DNA of 53,950 nt from the IMG/VR virus record IMGVR_UViG_3300047586_000088, positions 1-53,950 of that record. One strand, given 5' to 3'. The notes under the pieces are model-generated. The model did not search any database. It was given only the letters and a program-made list of their open reading frames with translations, and was not told where the DNA came from. The stretch is from a virus (Duplodnaviria; Caudoviricetes). Positions 46,363-53,950 of the stretch are shown here, piece after piece; the stretch's first letter is position 1, and every line of letters begins with the position of its first letter. A program made the translations under genes and the position numbers.

Positions 46363-48424
46363 CGGGAAAAACCTCCTGACCCTGGGGCACGGCGATCAAC
46401 TTGGGGCGGCCGCCGCTCAAGGTCTCCGGCACTAGTCGGTCAATCCGCCAGCGTGCGTCGAAGCCGACGATCGCCGCGAGCCACTTCTGATCGAGCGCCC
46501 ATCGTTCTGACACTCCCGCCGCACCTGCGACCGCCTGATTCGTGATGCTCTGCCCGGCGGCGAGCTGCTCCTCGAGCCAGGGCTGGAGCTTGAGCCAGGG
46601 CGCCCAGTGGATGCCCTCCGGGCCGAGCGGCGGCTCGTCGAAGAAACCGTCCAGCGGCTCGGACGTCGGGATCGACGTGAGGACCCAGACGTCGCACGGC
46701 CGGATGTTCGGCCGGGCGCGGTGGATAGCCTGGACCAGCTCCTGCTCGCGGAGCTGGTCGTAGACGGCCGTCAGGTCGGGGTCGGTCCAGAAGCCGCCGA
46801 CCGCGCGCCAGGGGACGAGCCCTCCGTGGGCCGCTCGAAGCTCCTCGGAGACCGCGTACTCCCGGAGAGCGGTCGTCCAGACCGGCCGCGCCTTTCCCTT
46901 GTCGTCGATCGCGACGAAGCTCTTCACCCGCTCGTGGGCGAGCGCCGTCGCGGCGTCGACGACGCCCTGGAGGGTCGGCGAGGGACCGCCGGCGACGATC
47001 AGGCAGTCGACGTCCTGGAGGGCGTTCGTCCCTCGGAGCGCGTGGAAGTGGAGCGTGTTGGCCTCGCCGAAGGCAGTCGCGAACAGGGACACGAGCCGCT
47101 TGTGGGTGACGACGGCGGTCCGACCCTGGTAGCGACTGGCGATCGAGCCCGCGATCTGCACGAGCTGGCGGGCGCGCTGCGTCGGCGCCGGTTCTTGGCC
47201 TTCTTCCTGGGCGAGGAGCGACCCGACGCCGTTTAGCCGGTGGACGACCTGGTAGACCCGGCCCGGGCGCTTCACCCTCGGCTCGTAGACCTCGACCTCG
47301 CGGTCGAAGAGGGCTCGGTAGATCGGCGCCTGGCCGGTCGCGTCGAGAACGACGAGCTTCCGGGGCAGCTTCGCCCAGGGCTTCTTTCGATCGAGAAGGT
47401 TCAGCCCCTTGGGGTCGAGCCAGACGCGCTCGGCCCAGCGCGGCCAGCCGTTCCGCCAGGCGTCGTACTCGTTCGACGCCAGCCGGAGGAAGTCGAGGAC
47501 GTAGTAGTAGGGGACCTCTCCCACCATCTCGCTGTTGTAGACCCGGGGGACCTGGGGAAGCATCTCCGGGAGGATCTCGGCCTGGGCGTACACCTCGCGC
47601 AAGGTCGGCCCGATCTGGTCGAAGAGGTCGCGGCCGGCGAGGCGCTTCGGCGCGAGGCCGACGAGCTGGCCGAGCTTCACGACGAGCTCGCCGAGTGGGC
47701 CGGTCGCGCCGACGTCGAGCCCCTTGCTTGGAACGTGCCGCCGTCCGACGAACGCCTGCAGGGGCAGCTCGTCGACGATGCAGGCGCCGAAGTCGTCGAT
47801 CGCGAGGCCCGAGCTGAGGTGGTTGTGCATCGCGAAGACGATCGGCTCCCTCTGTCGCCGCTGCAGTCGGTAGGGGCACTCGGCGATGTGCTTGTCGTTC
47901 ACGCAGAGCTGGCGGCAGAGGTCGAAGGCCGGGTAGCCTTTCTTGAGCCAGGCGAGCTGGGCCGGAGCGAAACGGCAGGTCGTCGGGATCGGGTCGTGCT
48001 CGTCGGCGTGCAGGTGGATCGGGAGCCAGTGATACCAGAGAGAGGGGTTGAAGCCTGGGATGGCCTGGAGATCGGCGAGGAAGTTGTGGCGGGCCGCCGT
48101 GTAGAGGATCCGGCGATCGCTTGCCACGCGCTGGACCGCCTGCACGGCCGCGTGAGTCTTCCCGACGCCGGCGGGGACCCGGATCAGCAGGACCGACTCG
48201 GAGTCGGAGTCGACGTACCGGCCGACCTGCCCGGGGATCAACTCGCGCAAGCTGTCCACCTCGACTACCTCTCCCTCTGGCTGATGCTGTGGCGGCTCGA
48301 AGTGGGGTCGGTACTGGCGATCCTCTTGCAGCCACTCCGGCTCGGGAGGGACTGTCCAGTCGGCTTCCTCCGCCTGCTCGCGGAGACGGCGGAGATCCCG
48401 GAGTACCCTCTCGATCTCATCCAC
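46346..48424 (-). CDS. Putative replication-initiation helicase (divergent SF2/origin-binding type)
   Basis: PAGVGKT, IVDE, LDATG, RGTN, QAIHRAR; adjacent to the primase. Confidence 0.7.
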   Translation of the reverse strand: MDEIERVLRDLRRLREQAEEADWTVPPEPEWLQEDRQYRPHFEPPQHQPEGEVVEVDSLRELIPGQVGRYVDSDSESVLLIRVPAGVGKTHAAVQAVQRVASDRRILYTAARHNFLADLQAIPGFNPSLWYHWLPIHLHADEHDPIPTTCRFAPAQLAWLKKGYPAFDLCRQLCVNDKHIAECPYRLQRRQREPIVFAMHNHLSSGLAIDDFGACIVDELPLQAFVGRRHVPSKGLDVGATGPLGELVVKLGQLVGLAPKRLAGRDLFDQIGPTLREVYAQAEILPEMLPQVPRVYNSEMVGEVPYYYVLDFLRLASNEYDAWRNGWPRWAERVWLDPKGLNLLDRKKPWAKLPRKLVVLDATGQAPIYRALFDREVEVYEPRVKRPGRVYQVVHRLNGVGSLLAQEEGQEPAPTQRARQLVQIAGSIASRYQGRTAVVTHKRLVSLFATAFGEANTLHFHALRGTNALQDVDCLIVAGGPSPTLQGVVDAATALAHERVKSFVAIDDKGKARPVWTTALREYAVSEELRAAHGGLVPWRAVGGFWTDPDLTAVYDQLREQELVQAIHRARPNIRPCDVWVLTSIPTSEPLDGFFDEPPLGPEGIHWAPWLKLQPWLEEQLAAGQSITNQAVAGAAGVSERWALDQKWLAAIVGFDARWRIDRLVPETLSGGRPKLIAVPQGQEVFPGDHHD

Positions 48425-48425
48425 G

Positions 48426-49361
48426 TCATGCGCTAGCCATCTGACTGGCTACGGGGCTAACCCCGCGGATCGTTCGCAGAACGACGTCGGCGAGGTCCTC
48501 CTTGGGCTTGTCCGACCAGACCCAGTGGTGGACGTGGACGGGAACCCGGGCCCTCGCCAGCGCGTTGCCGATCTTCACCGCGGCATTTCGGCCGGCCGCA
48601 TCGTTGTCCAGCCAGACCACGACGTCGGCTGGCCTCGACTCGGCGATCGCCGCCGTCCACTCTTCCTTCCAGCTCGCCGCGCCCGCCGTTCCCGCCACGG
48701 CGGCAAGCTCCGGTCGCTGCTGTCTAAGCAGAACGCAGGACAAGGGCGCCTCGGCGACGAACACCTCGGCCCCCGGGAAGAGAGTTTCGGCGCCGAATAA
48801 CACCGTGTCGCCGCCGGCGGCCTGGAGCCACTTCGGGTGATCGCAGCCCTCGAGGCAGGGGCGGAGTTGTCGGCCGCCCGGGACGACGCGGCCGCGTAGG
48901 TTGACGAGCCGCCCGTCCTGGATGACCGGGAGAATGAGCCGCTCCTGGCCGCAGCGGGAGAGGGGGAGCGCCCCCGAGCCGAAGCAATACTCGTCGAGCG
49001 TCGAGTCCGTGAGGCCTCGCGAGTGGGCGTACTCGAGGGCGGCGGGCGAGAGCGGCTGGAAGCGCCGCCAGAAGTCCCGCTCGTGACGCCAGAAGGCGGA
49101 GCCGTCCGCCTGGCGGCGGCGTGGTCGAGGCCGTGGGCTGGCGACGCTCGCTCCGGGCGGAAGGGGACCTCTGAGCCCGACCAGCTCGGCGAGCTGCCAG
49201 AGAGAGCCTGACTGCCCGCAGGCAAAACAGCAGAAGCCTCTTTCGGAGTAGGAGAACGACCCTGGCCGCGCGTCGTCATGGAGTGGACACAGCGGCCACC
49301 TCTCGTCTCTGACCACCCTGGGCCAGCCGAAATATCTGTCTAGCTCGTCGAGTAGATCCAT
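48426..49361 (-). CDS. DNA primase (CHC2 zinc finger plus Toprim)
   Basis: CPLHDD...CFAC; VAEAP; WLDNDAAG. Confidence 0.88.
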   Translation of the reverse strand: MDLLDELDRYFGWPRVVRDERWPLCPLHDDARPGSFSYSERGFCCFACGQSGSLWQLAELVGLRGPLPPGASVASPRPRPRRRQADGSAFWRHERDFWRRFQPLSPAALEYAHSRGLTDSTLDEYCFGSGALPLSRCGQERLILPVIQDGRLVNLRGRVVPGGRQLRPCLEGCDHPKWLQAAGGDTVLFGAETLFPGAEVFVAEAPLSCVLLRQQRPELAAVAGTAGAASWKEEWTAAIAESRPADVVVWLDNDAAGRNAAVKIGNALARARVPVHVHHWVWSDKPKEDLADVVLRTIRGVSPVASQMASA

Positions 49362-49388
49362 CAACTGACTCCCGCGATCTGCTGTGAC

Positions 49389-49465
49389 TGGTGGAGTCGG
49401 TGGGCCTCGAACCCACGCCCCTCCCGGGCCGCGACCGGGTGCTCGACCATCCGAGCTGCAACTCC
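49389..49465 (-). tRNA. Atypical tRNA/tRNA-like RNA, anticodon GCG (Arg), with encoded CCA
   Basis: Full cloverleaf GGAGTTG/CGACTCC, GCTC/GAGC, CCCGG/CCGGG, GTGGG-TTCGAGG-CCCAC, ACCA; non-canonical C8, G14 and C33. Confidence 0.75.
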
Positions 49466-49539
49466 AAACGCTGGCCTGCTCGCTCACTCACCGAGCAGGC
49501 CAGCTATGGCTCGTTCAAGCCTCCTTTCGGCGTGATCGG

Positions 49540-49875
49540 CTACTCGCCGTCGTGCGGGTAGTCGTCGTCGCGATCGCTGTAGGGTCCGCCGTACTTGGCA
49601 GGCTCCTTTGGCGCGGGCAGCTCCCAGCGATGTACAGGCTCGGGCACGTTCAGCTTGGCGACTTGGCGCGCGACCACCTCGGTCGTCGGGGTGATGCAGT
49701 AGACGGCCGCCGGCGCGTAGAACTGGCTGGCAGCGGGGCCATCCTCGCCCGGCACGTCGATTCGGATGAAAGCGGCGCCGGCGATTTCCTGCTCGCGAAG
49801 GAAGCCGGCCAGGCGACGATGTCCCATGAGCTCGAGGATGGCCCAGCCCTCGAAGGATTCGGTCCGCTCCGTCAA
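49540..49875 (-). CDS. Phage hypothetical protein
   Basis: WAILELMGHRRLAG...IRIDVP; RBS. Confidence 0.75.
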   Translation of the reverse strand: MTERTESFEGWAILELMGHRRLAGFLREQEIAGAAFIRIDVPGEDGPAASQFYAPAAVYCITPTTEVVARQVAKLNVPEPVHRWELPAPKEPAKYGGPYSDRDDDYPHDGE

Positions 49876-51074
49876 GGCGCTCCCTCCTCTCGTCGATCTG
49901 GTCGCTGGGTCGCCTCCTTGTCATTGACTGCCATCGGCATTACGACCACGAGCTGGCTCTCGTCGCCCTGGGGACGGAACACGGCTGGGCGATTCGCCGT
50001 GCTGAGCTGGAGCTTGACGTTCTCGGTCGGGATCGAGGCCAGCGCCTCGGCGAGGTACTTGCCGTTGAGAGCGATCTTGAGTCCGTCGCCCTGGATCCCA
50101 CAGGGCAGCCAGTCCTCAGCTTCGCCGAGCTCGCCCTTCGCCGAGACCGAGAGCTTGCCGAGGCCGTCCTCGCCGTTCCGCTCGATCCCGAGCCGGACGA
50201 TGCCCGTCGCCGTCTCGGCGAAGATCTCGGCTGACCTGACGGAGCGCTGGAAGATCGCGCGGTCGACCGAGAGGGTCGTCGCGATCTGGGTCGGGACGAT
50301 CTGCTGCCAGTTCGGGAACCCGCCCTCGATCAGCCGAGTGACGAGGGCCGTGTCGCCGACCGTGAACACCGCCCGCGAGGGAGCCGTGCCCGCCGAGCCG
50401 CCAAGCCCGAACGTGACGGGCGCGTCGTCGGCGACCGAGCCCAGGATCCGCGCCATCTCGACCAGCGCCGTCCGCGGCAGGATCGTCGAGACGTCGGCCA
50501 GCTCGGGATCTGGGTAGGCCAGTGGCAGCCGCACCCAGGCGAGCCGGAAGCTGTCGGTCGCGACGAGCTCCAGGCCGCCGTCCCTCGTCTCGACGTGGAC
50601 GCCCCCGAGCGTCGGCCGGCCGGCCGCCTTGTCGCCGGTGGCCGCGGCGAAGATCACGCTCGCGATCGCGTCTCGGAGCGCGCCGGCCGTGAGCGCGAGC
50701 GGCGCGCCAGTCGTCGAGAGGTCGACGGCGGGGAAGTCGGCCGCCGTCCATCCCCGGATCTCCGAGCGGCACCGGTCGGCCCGGATCTCGACCTTGTGCT
50801 TGTCGTCCGCCCTGAGCGCGAGCTCGTCGGAGACCGCCGCGGCGACGCACTCGCCGAGCGGCTTGGCGGGTATGGCCTCGACGCCCGGGGCCCTGACTGT
50901 GGCCTTGATCCTGGTCGCGATCGACGTGTCCAGGTTCGTGGCTGCCAGCTCGAGCGACTCGCCCTCCGCCGTGAATCGGACGCCTGCCAGGATGGGCATA
51001 GAGTGGGTCGAGATCGCGCGCGAGACCACGCCCAGCGCCACGTGAAATGCTTTGCGGTCGACTGTGATGTCCAA
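49872..51074 (-). CDS. dnaN: DNA polymerase III beta sliding clamp
   Basis: PILAGV, ATNLD, DFP, ATDSFRL, RLIEGGFPNWQQIVP, NGKYL, VVMPM. Confidence 0.93.
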   Translation of the reverse strand: MDITVDRKAFHVALGVVSRAISTHSMPILAGVRFTAEGESLELAATNLDTSIATRIKATVRAPGVEAIPAKPLGECVAAAVSDELALRADDKHKVEIRADRCRSEIRGWTAADFPAVDLSTTGAPLALTAGALRDAIASVIFAAATGDKAAGRPTLGGVHVETRDGGLELVATDSFRLAWVRLPLAYPDPELADVSTILPRTALVEMARILGSVADDAPVTFGLGGSAGTAPSRAVFTVGDTALVTRLIEGGFPNWQQIVPTQIATTLSVDRAIFQRSVRSAEIFAETATGIVRLGIERNGEDGLGKLSVSAKGELGEAEDWLPCGIQGDGLKIALNGKYLAEALASIPTENVKLQLSTANRPAVFRPQGDESQLVVVMPMAVNDKEATQRPDRREEGAP

Positions 51075-51097
51075 GGGTTTCCTCCTCCTCGGTTGCC

Positions 51098-51607
51098 TCA
51101 GAAGGGCAAGCTGGCGGGATCGAGCTCGCTCTCTATGCCCTTGGCCTCCATCTCGTCCCGGAGCTCGGCGACGAGTCGATCCCCAGCCTCGGCGTCGGCA
51201 GCCGCCTCGAAGTCCGCCTCAGGCTGATCGTCGGCGATCTCTCCGTGGCCGTTCTCTGGGTGGATGCCCCGACCGTCGAGCGCCGCGGCGAGGCGCGCCC
51301 GGATCCCCCACTCGATTTCGCGCCGAATGTCTCGCTCGCCCTCCAGCTCGGCCTCGAGCTGAGTAGCGCCCCTCTCCAGGGCTCGGAGGACGTTGGTCAG
51401 TCGCTGGTAGTCCTCGTCGGCCGCAAGCGCGATCAGGAGCGCCCGCTCGCGCGCTTCGGCGTTGGCCCCGAGCTGCTTCTCGCCGCCGGCCGCCTCGATT
51501 GCCCGGGATTCGCCTTGTGCTTTGACCAGGACGAGGTCTTCCCTGGCTTCCCTCACCCCGATCTGCAGGGCGGCGACCCGCTTCCGAAGGTCGGGTAGCT
51601 TAGTCAT
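51098..51607 (-). CDS. Coiled-coil protein with acidic LPF C-terminus
   Basis: Ends ELDPASLPF, an SSB-like tail; follows ERF. Confidence 0.7.
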   Translation of the reverse strand: MTKLPDLRKRVAALQIGVREAREDLVLVKAQGESRAIEAAGGEKQLGANAEARERALLIALAADEDYQRLTNVLRALERGATQLEAELEGERDIRREIEWGIRARLAAALDGRGIHPENGHGEIADDQPEADFEAAADAEAGDRLVAELRDEMEAKGIESELDPASLPF

Positions 51608-52538
51608 CGGGGCCCTCCCTCGGCGGCTCGTCCTGGCGCTGGGCTGGCGCGGGCGCGACCCTGGGCTTCGGCGGGTTTTGGAGCACCAGCTTCCGCGCGC
51701 TGAAGACCGCCTTGACCTGGACTCGGACCTGCTCGCCGATCGCCGCCGCAGGCTGCTCGCACTCCGACCAGGCCTTGACGAGCTCCGGAAGGCCCCGCGC
51801 GTCCCGGGCCTTCCTGACCCAGCCCTTGTAGGCTTCCAGGTGGGCGGCCGTGAGGTCCTTGAAGGAGTCCGGCACCCGGTACTGCTGGCCGTCGATCAGG
51901 AGCGTCCAGGCGCCGTCGGCGGTCTGGACGAGCCGAGGGGGCGTCGGGGCGCTGGTCGGCAGCGCGGCGACTCCGTTCGAGCTCGCCGCCTGCACGGGCG
52001 CGGCCGGCCCTCGGAGTGGCACGCTTCCGCCTGAGGCGGATGGCGGTCCGCCTGAGGCGGATCGCTGAGCCTGTGCGGATCCGCCTGAGGCGGACTGGGC
52101 AGTTCGCTCGTCCTCGGGGTCGTCGCCGGTGCTGACCAGGAAGGTCTTGAAGCAGAAGTACTTGACCGCGCCCGTGTAGGCTTTGTAGAGCGCTTTGTCG
52201 GCCTTATCCTGGCCTTCGCCATACCAGCGAGTCGTGATCGACTCGCCGCCATCGGCGCAGCCGATCGTGATGTCGAGGCCGACGCGGGCGATGTCGCCCT
52301 GCGTGCCGCCGGCGCGCGTCTCGACGCCGTCGACCGAGATGAACAGCGCGAGACCGTGCTTGGCGAGGATCGGCCTGAGCATGTCCATCAGGTCGGCCTC
52401 GGTCGCGTACTTGTAGTGGAAGAACGAGTTTTCGCCGGACTTCGGCACGCGGTCGACCTCGCCGAGGACCGCGGCCATCGCCTTGAAGAGGCCCGCTCTG
52501 CCTGTGGCGGCGGGTGTCTGGACTTGCTCGGCAACCAT
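51600..52538 (-). CDS. ERF-family ssDNA annealing protein
   Basis: KSGENSFFHYKYATEAD...GEGQDKADKALYKAYTGAVKY...TGDDPE. Confidence 0.9.
   Translation of the reverse strand: MVAEQVQTPAATGRAGLFKAMAAVLGEVDRVPKSGENSFFHYKYATEADLMDMLRPILAKHGLALFISVDGVETRAGGTQGDIARVGLDITIGCADGGESITTRWYGEGQDKADKALYKAYTGAVKYFCFKTFLVSTGDDPEDERTAQSASGGSAQAQRSASGGPPSASGGSVPLRGPAAPVQAASSNGVAALPTSAPTPPRLVQTADGAWTLLIDGQQYRVPDSFKDLTAAHLEAYKGWVRKARDARGLPELVKAWSECEQPAAAIGEQVRVQVKAVFSARKLVLQNPPKPRVAPAPAQRQDEPPREGPDD
52026..52094. repeat. Three copies of the 15-bp palindrome TCCGCCTGAGGCGGA (also at 1210-1224 and, with TAA centre, 37732-37746)
   Basis: Copies at 52026, 52047 and 52080 each encode SASGG in the ERF linker. Confidence 0.9.
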
Positions 52539-52554
52539 CTGTATGCCTCCCGGC

Positions 52555-52635
52555 TTACCAGCCGTTTCGTCTGATGTCGCGGACGCCGTAGATCGCCAGG
52601 ATGAGGATCGCGAGGATACTGATGAGGTCGGTCAC
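52555..52635 (-). CDS. 26-aa single-TM peptide
   Basis: MTDLISILAILILAIYGVRDIRRNGW; GTGA overlap. Confidence 0.5.
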   Translation of the reverse strand: MTDLISILAILILAIYGVRDIRRNGW

Positions 52636-52766
52636 CGGAGCGCGCCCCGCCGCCTTGTGAGCGCGCAGTAGATCACGATGGTGAGGACCACCAGAACGAT
52701 CGCGCCGAGCGTGTCGAGCACCGGCTCGACGAACGGCTGCAACAGGCTAAGTGTCGACGGGTCCAT
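52632..52766 (-). CDS. 44-aa single-TM peptide
   Basis: GGGGAG RBS; LGAIVLVVLTIVIYCAL followed by TRRR. Confidence 0.6.
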   Translation of the reverse strand: MDPSTLSLLQPFVEPVLDTLGAIVLVVLTIVIYCALTRRRGALR

Positions 52767-52771
52767 CTCCC

Positions 52772-52885
52772 CTACCTCTTCCCGAATCCCCGACGCCGAT
52801 CCCGCTTCGTGAGCTGGGCGCCGAGTGCGAGGCCCAAGAGCATCGCCGAGGCGGTGCCGATGAAGGCGAAAGTATCAGCGGTCAC
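52772..52885 (-). CDS. 37-aa single-TM peptide
   Basis: FAFIGTASAMLLGLALGAQL followed by a basic tail; GTGA overlap. Confidence 0.55.
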   Translation of the reverse strand: MTADTFAFIGTASAMLLGLALGAQLTKRDRRRGFGKR

Positions 52886-53148
52886 GAGAGCGCCCCTTCG
52901 TCGACCGTGAGTGTCTCGCCTCTCGCCAGGCTGGCGGTCTCGATCCTGAGACTACCGACGAGCTCCGACACGCTCGCCCAGCGCTCTCGGAGCCAGGCGA
53001 CGCACTCGTGGCTGTCGTGATCCGTGCCGCCGCAGGCCGTGCAGAGACGGGTGTGCTCGTGCAGGTCCGCGAGCGCCTGGTCGAGCGATGCGAGGTCCGA
53101 GAGCGCCAACTCGCGGAGCGAAGAGCCAGATGCGGATAGGGTTGCCAC
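52882..53148 (-). CDS. Hypothetical protein (CxxC)
   Basis: GGAGG RBS before GTG 53148. Confidence 0.6.
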   Translation of the reverse strand: MATLSASGSSLRELALSDLASLDQALADLHEHTRLCTACGGTDHDSHECVAWLRERWASVSELVGSLRIETASLARGETLTVDEGALS

Positions 53149-53308
53149 GGGTTTCCAACCTCCCAATCTGGTAATGCCAGGCTGGGAGTGCTATGATGCA
53201 GATAGGAGCAGTTGACCTGACCAGCCCACTGCTTTACACTCCCAGGGCTCCAGACCCGACCCCCGATGCTCTCCTGCGCCAACAGGAGGGCACCATCGTT
53301 TTCGGCGA

Positions 53309-53482
53309 CTACCATTCGCCGCGTTCCGCTGCCCGTGTCGCCAGCTCGAGCGCCTGGGCCATGATCTGGTTGGCCTCCCGTAGCATCCTCAGCGCCTCGA
53401 CTCGCCGCTCGCGCTCCTCGGCTGACGTCCCGATCGGGACGTCGATCCGCTCAGAAGGTCGCCTCGCAAGCCTCTCGCTCAT
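53309..53482 (-). CDS. 57-aa hypothetical protein
   Basis: Manual translation MSERLARRP...; AGGAG RBS. Confidence 0.55.
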   Translation of the reverse strand: MSERLARRPSERIDVPIGTSAEERERRVEALRMLREANQIMAQALELATRAAERGEW

Positions 53483-53823
53483 CGCTCTGTCTCCTCTGAG
53501 GACTGGCCCCGATCGTGACGGCGGCGAGGAGTCGCTCTAGTCGCTCGCTCTGGCGCCGCATCTTCATGAGCTCGCGGCCCGTCTCGCTGTGCCGGTGGAT
53601 CAGCCACGACATGTGGTCGAGGTGATCGTCGAAGGCGTGCTGTAGTTCGGGTACGTTTACCCGGGGCCTTCCTCCCTGATGTGTAATCGCTCTCAAGGGA
53701 CCTACACTCCTGTCCCGCGCTTTCTGTCGCGGGGTTAATGCGGGCCCTCTCAGGCTCGCTCGATACTGTCAGTGGTCCAAGCTTCGCCAGGTCCTCGCCC
53801 TCTAGCCAGCCCACCGACCACAG
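53479..53823 (-). CDS. 3' part of the junction-spanning zinc-ribbon protein
   Basis: In-frame continuation of 1..213. Confidence 0.6.
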   Translation of the reverse strand: MWSVGWLEGEDLAKLGPLTVSSEPERARINPATESAGQECRSLESDYTSGRKAPGKRTRTTARLRRSPRPHVVADPPAQRDGPRAHEDAAPERATRATPRRRHDRGQSSEETER

Positions 53824-53950
53824 GTCGGCGCCGCAGCGCGGGCAGAGGCCGGCCTGGTGGTACTTGGCGGATACCCGCTCCGACCGGGGAAACACCGCCT
53901 TGCAGGCCATGCAGCCAATATCGGTGGGGCCGATGCGCCGGGCGAGGATG
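53824..53950. repeat. Terminal direct repeat copy 2
   Basis: Identical to 1-127. Confidence 0.97.

Noticed and set aside
52026-52094. Mini-CRISPR or TIGR-like array
   Set aside because: Only three copies with 6- and 18-nt gaps inside an ORF; no Cas or Nop-domain protein recognised.

Overview
This window is almost certainly a complete, circular, high-GC tailed phage genome of about 53.8 kb. Bases 1-127 repeat exactly at 53824-53950, and one gene reads through that junction. The long tape measure and absence of a sheath gene indicate a siphovirus type; the host is uncertain, but a dockerin/Thr-Pro-linker protein and the gene style are suggestive of Chloroflexota or another high-GC monoderm. 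Nearly all genes are on the minus strand, in this order: early/replication genes (ERF recombinase, beta-clamp, an atypical tRNA-like gene, CHC2/Toprim primase, two helicases, DUF1064, ParB, ASCH, LuxR and sigma-like regulators), packaging (small terminase, split large terminase, portal), head, a methyltransferase/glycosyltransferase cassette inside the neck genes, tail (chaperone with -1 frameshift, 1454-aa tape measure, Asp-box tail proteins) and lysis (amidase, holin). The lysogeny module looks deleted: an HTH-only repressor abuts an orphan serine-integrase C-terminus. A divergent accessory island at 1.4-4.2 kb has a symmetric four-operator control region. The most striking recurring pattern is insertion of DNA modules with duplication of the target gene end or start. 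Examples are a LAGLIDADG cassette carrying a synonymously recoded copy of the ASCH N-terminus, an HNH gene ending in a recoded copy of its neighbour's C-terminus, a ~110-bp coding mini-module present at two loci and flanked by different RBS-containing direct repeats, and an array of small genes bounded by a 15-bp repeat. All product calls come from motif recognition by eye; no database searches were run.
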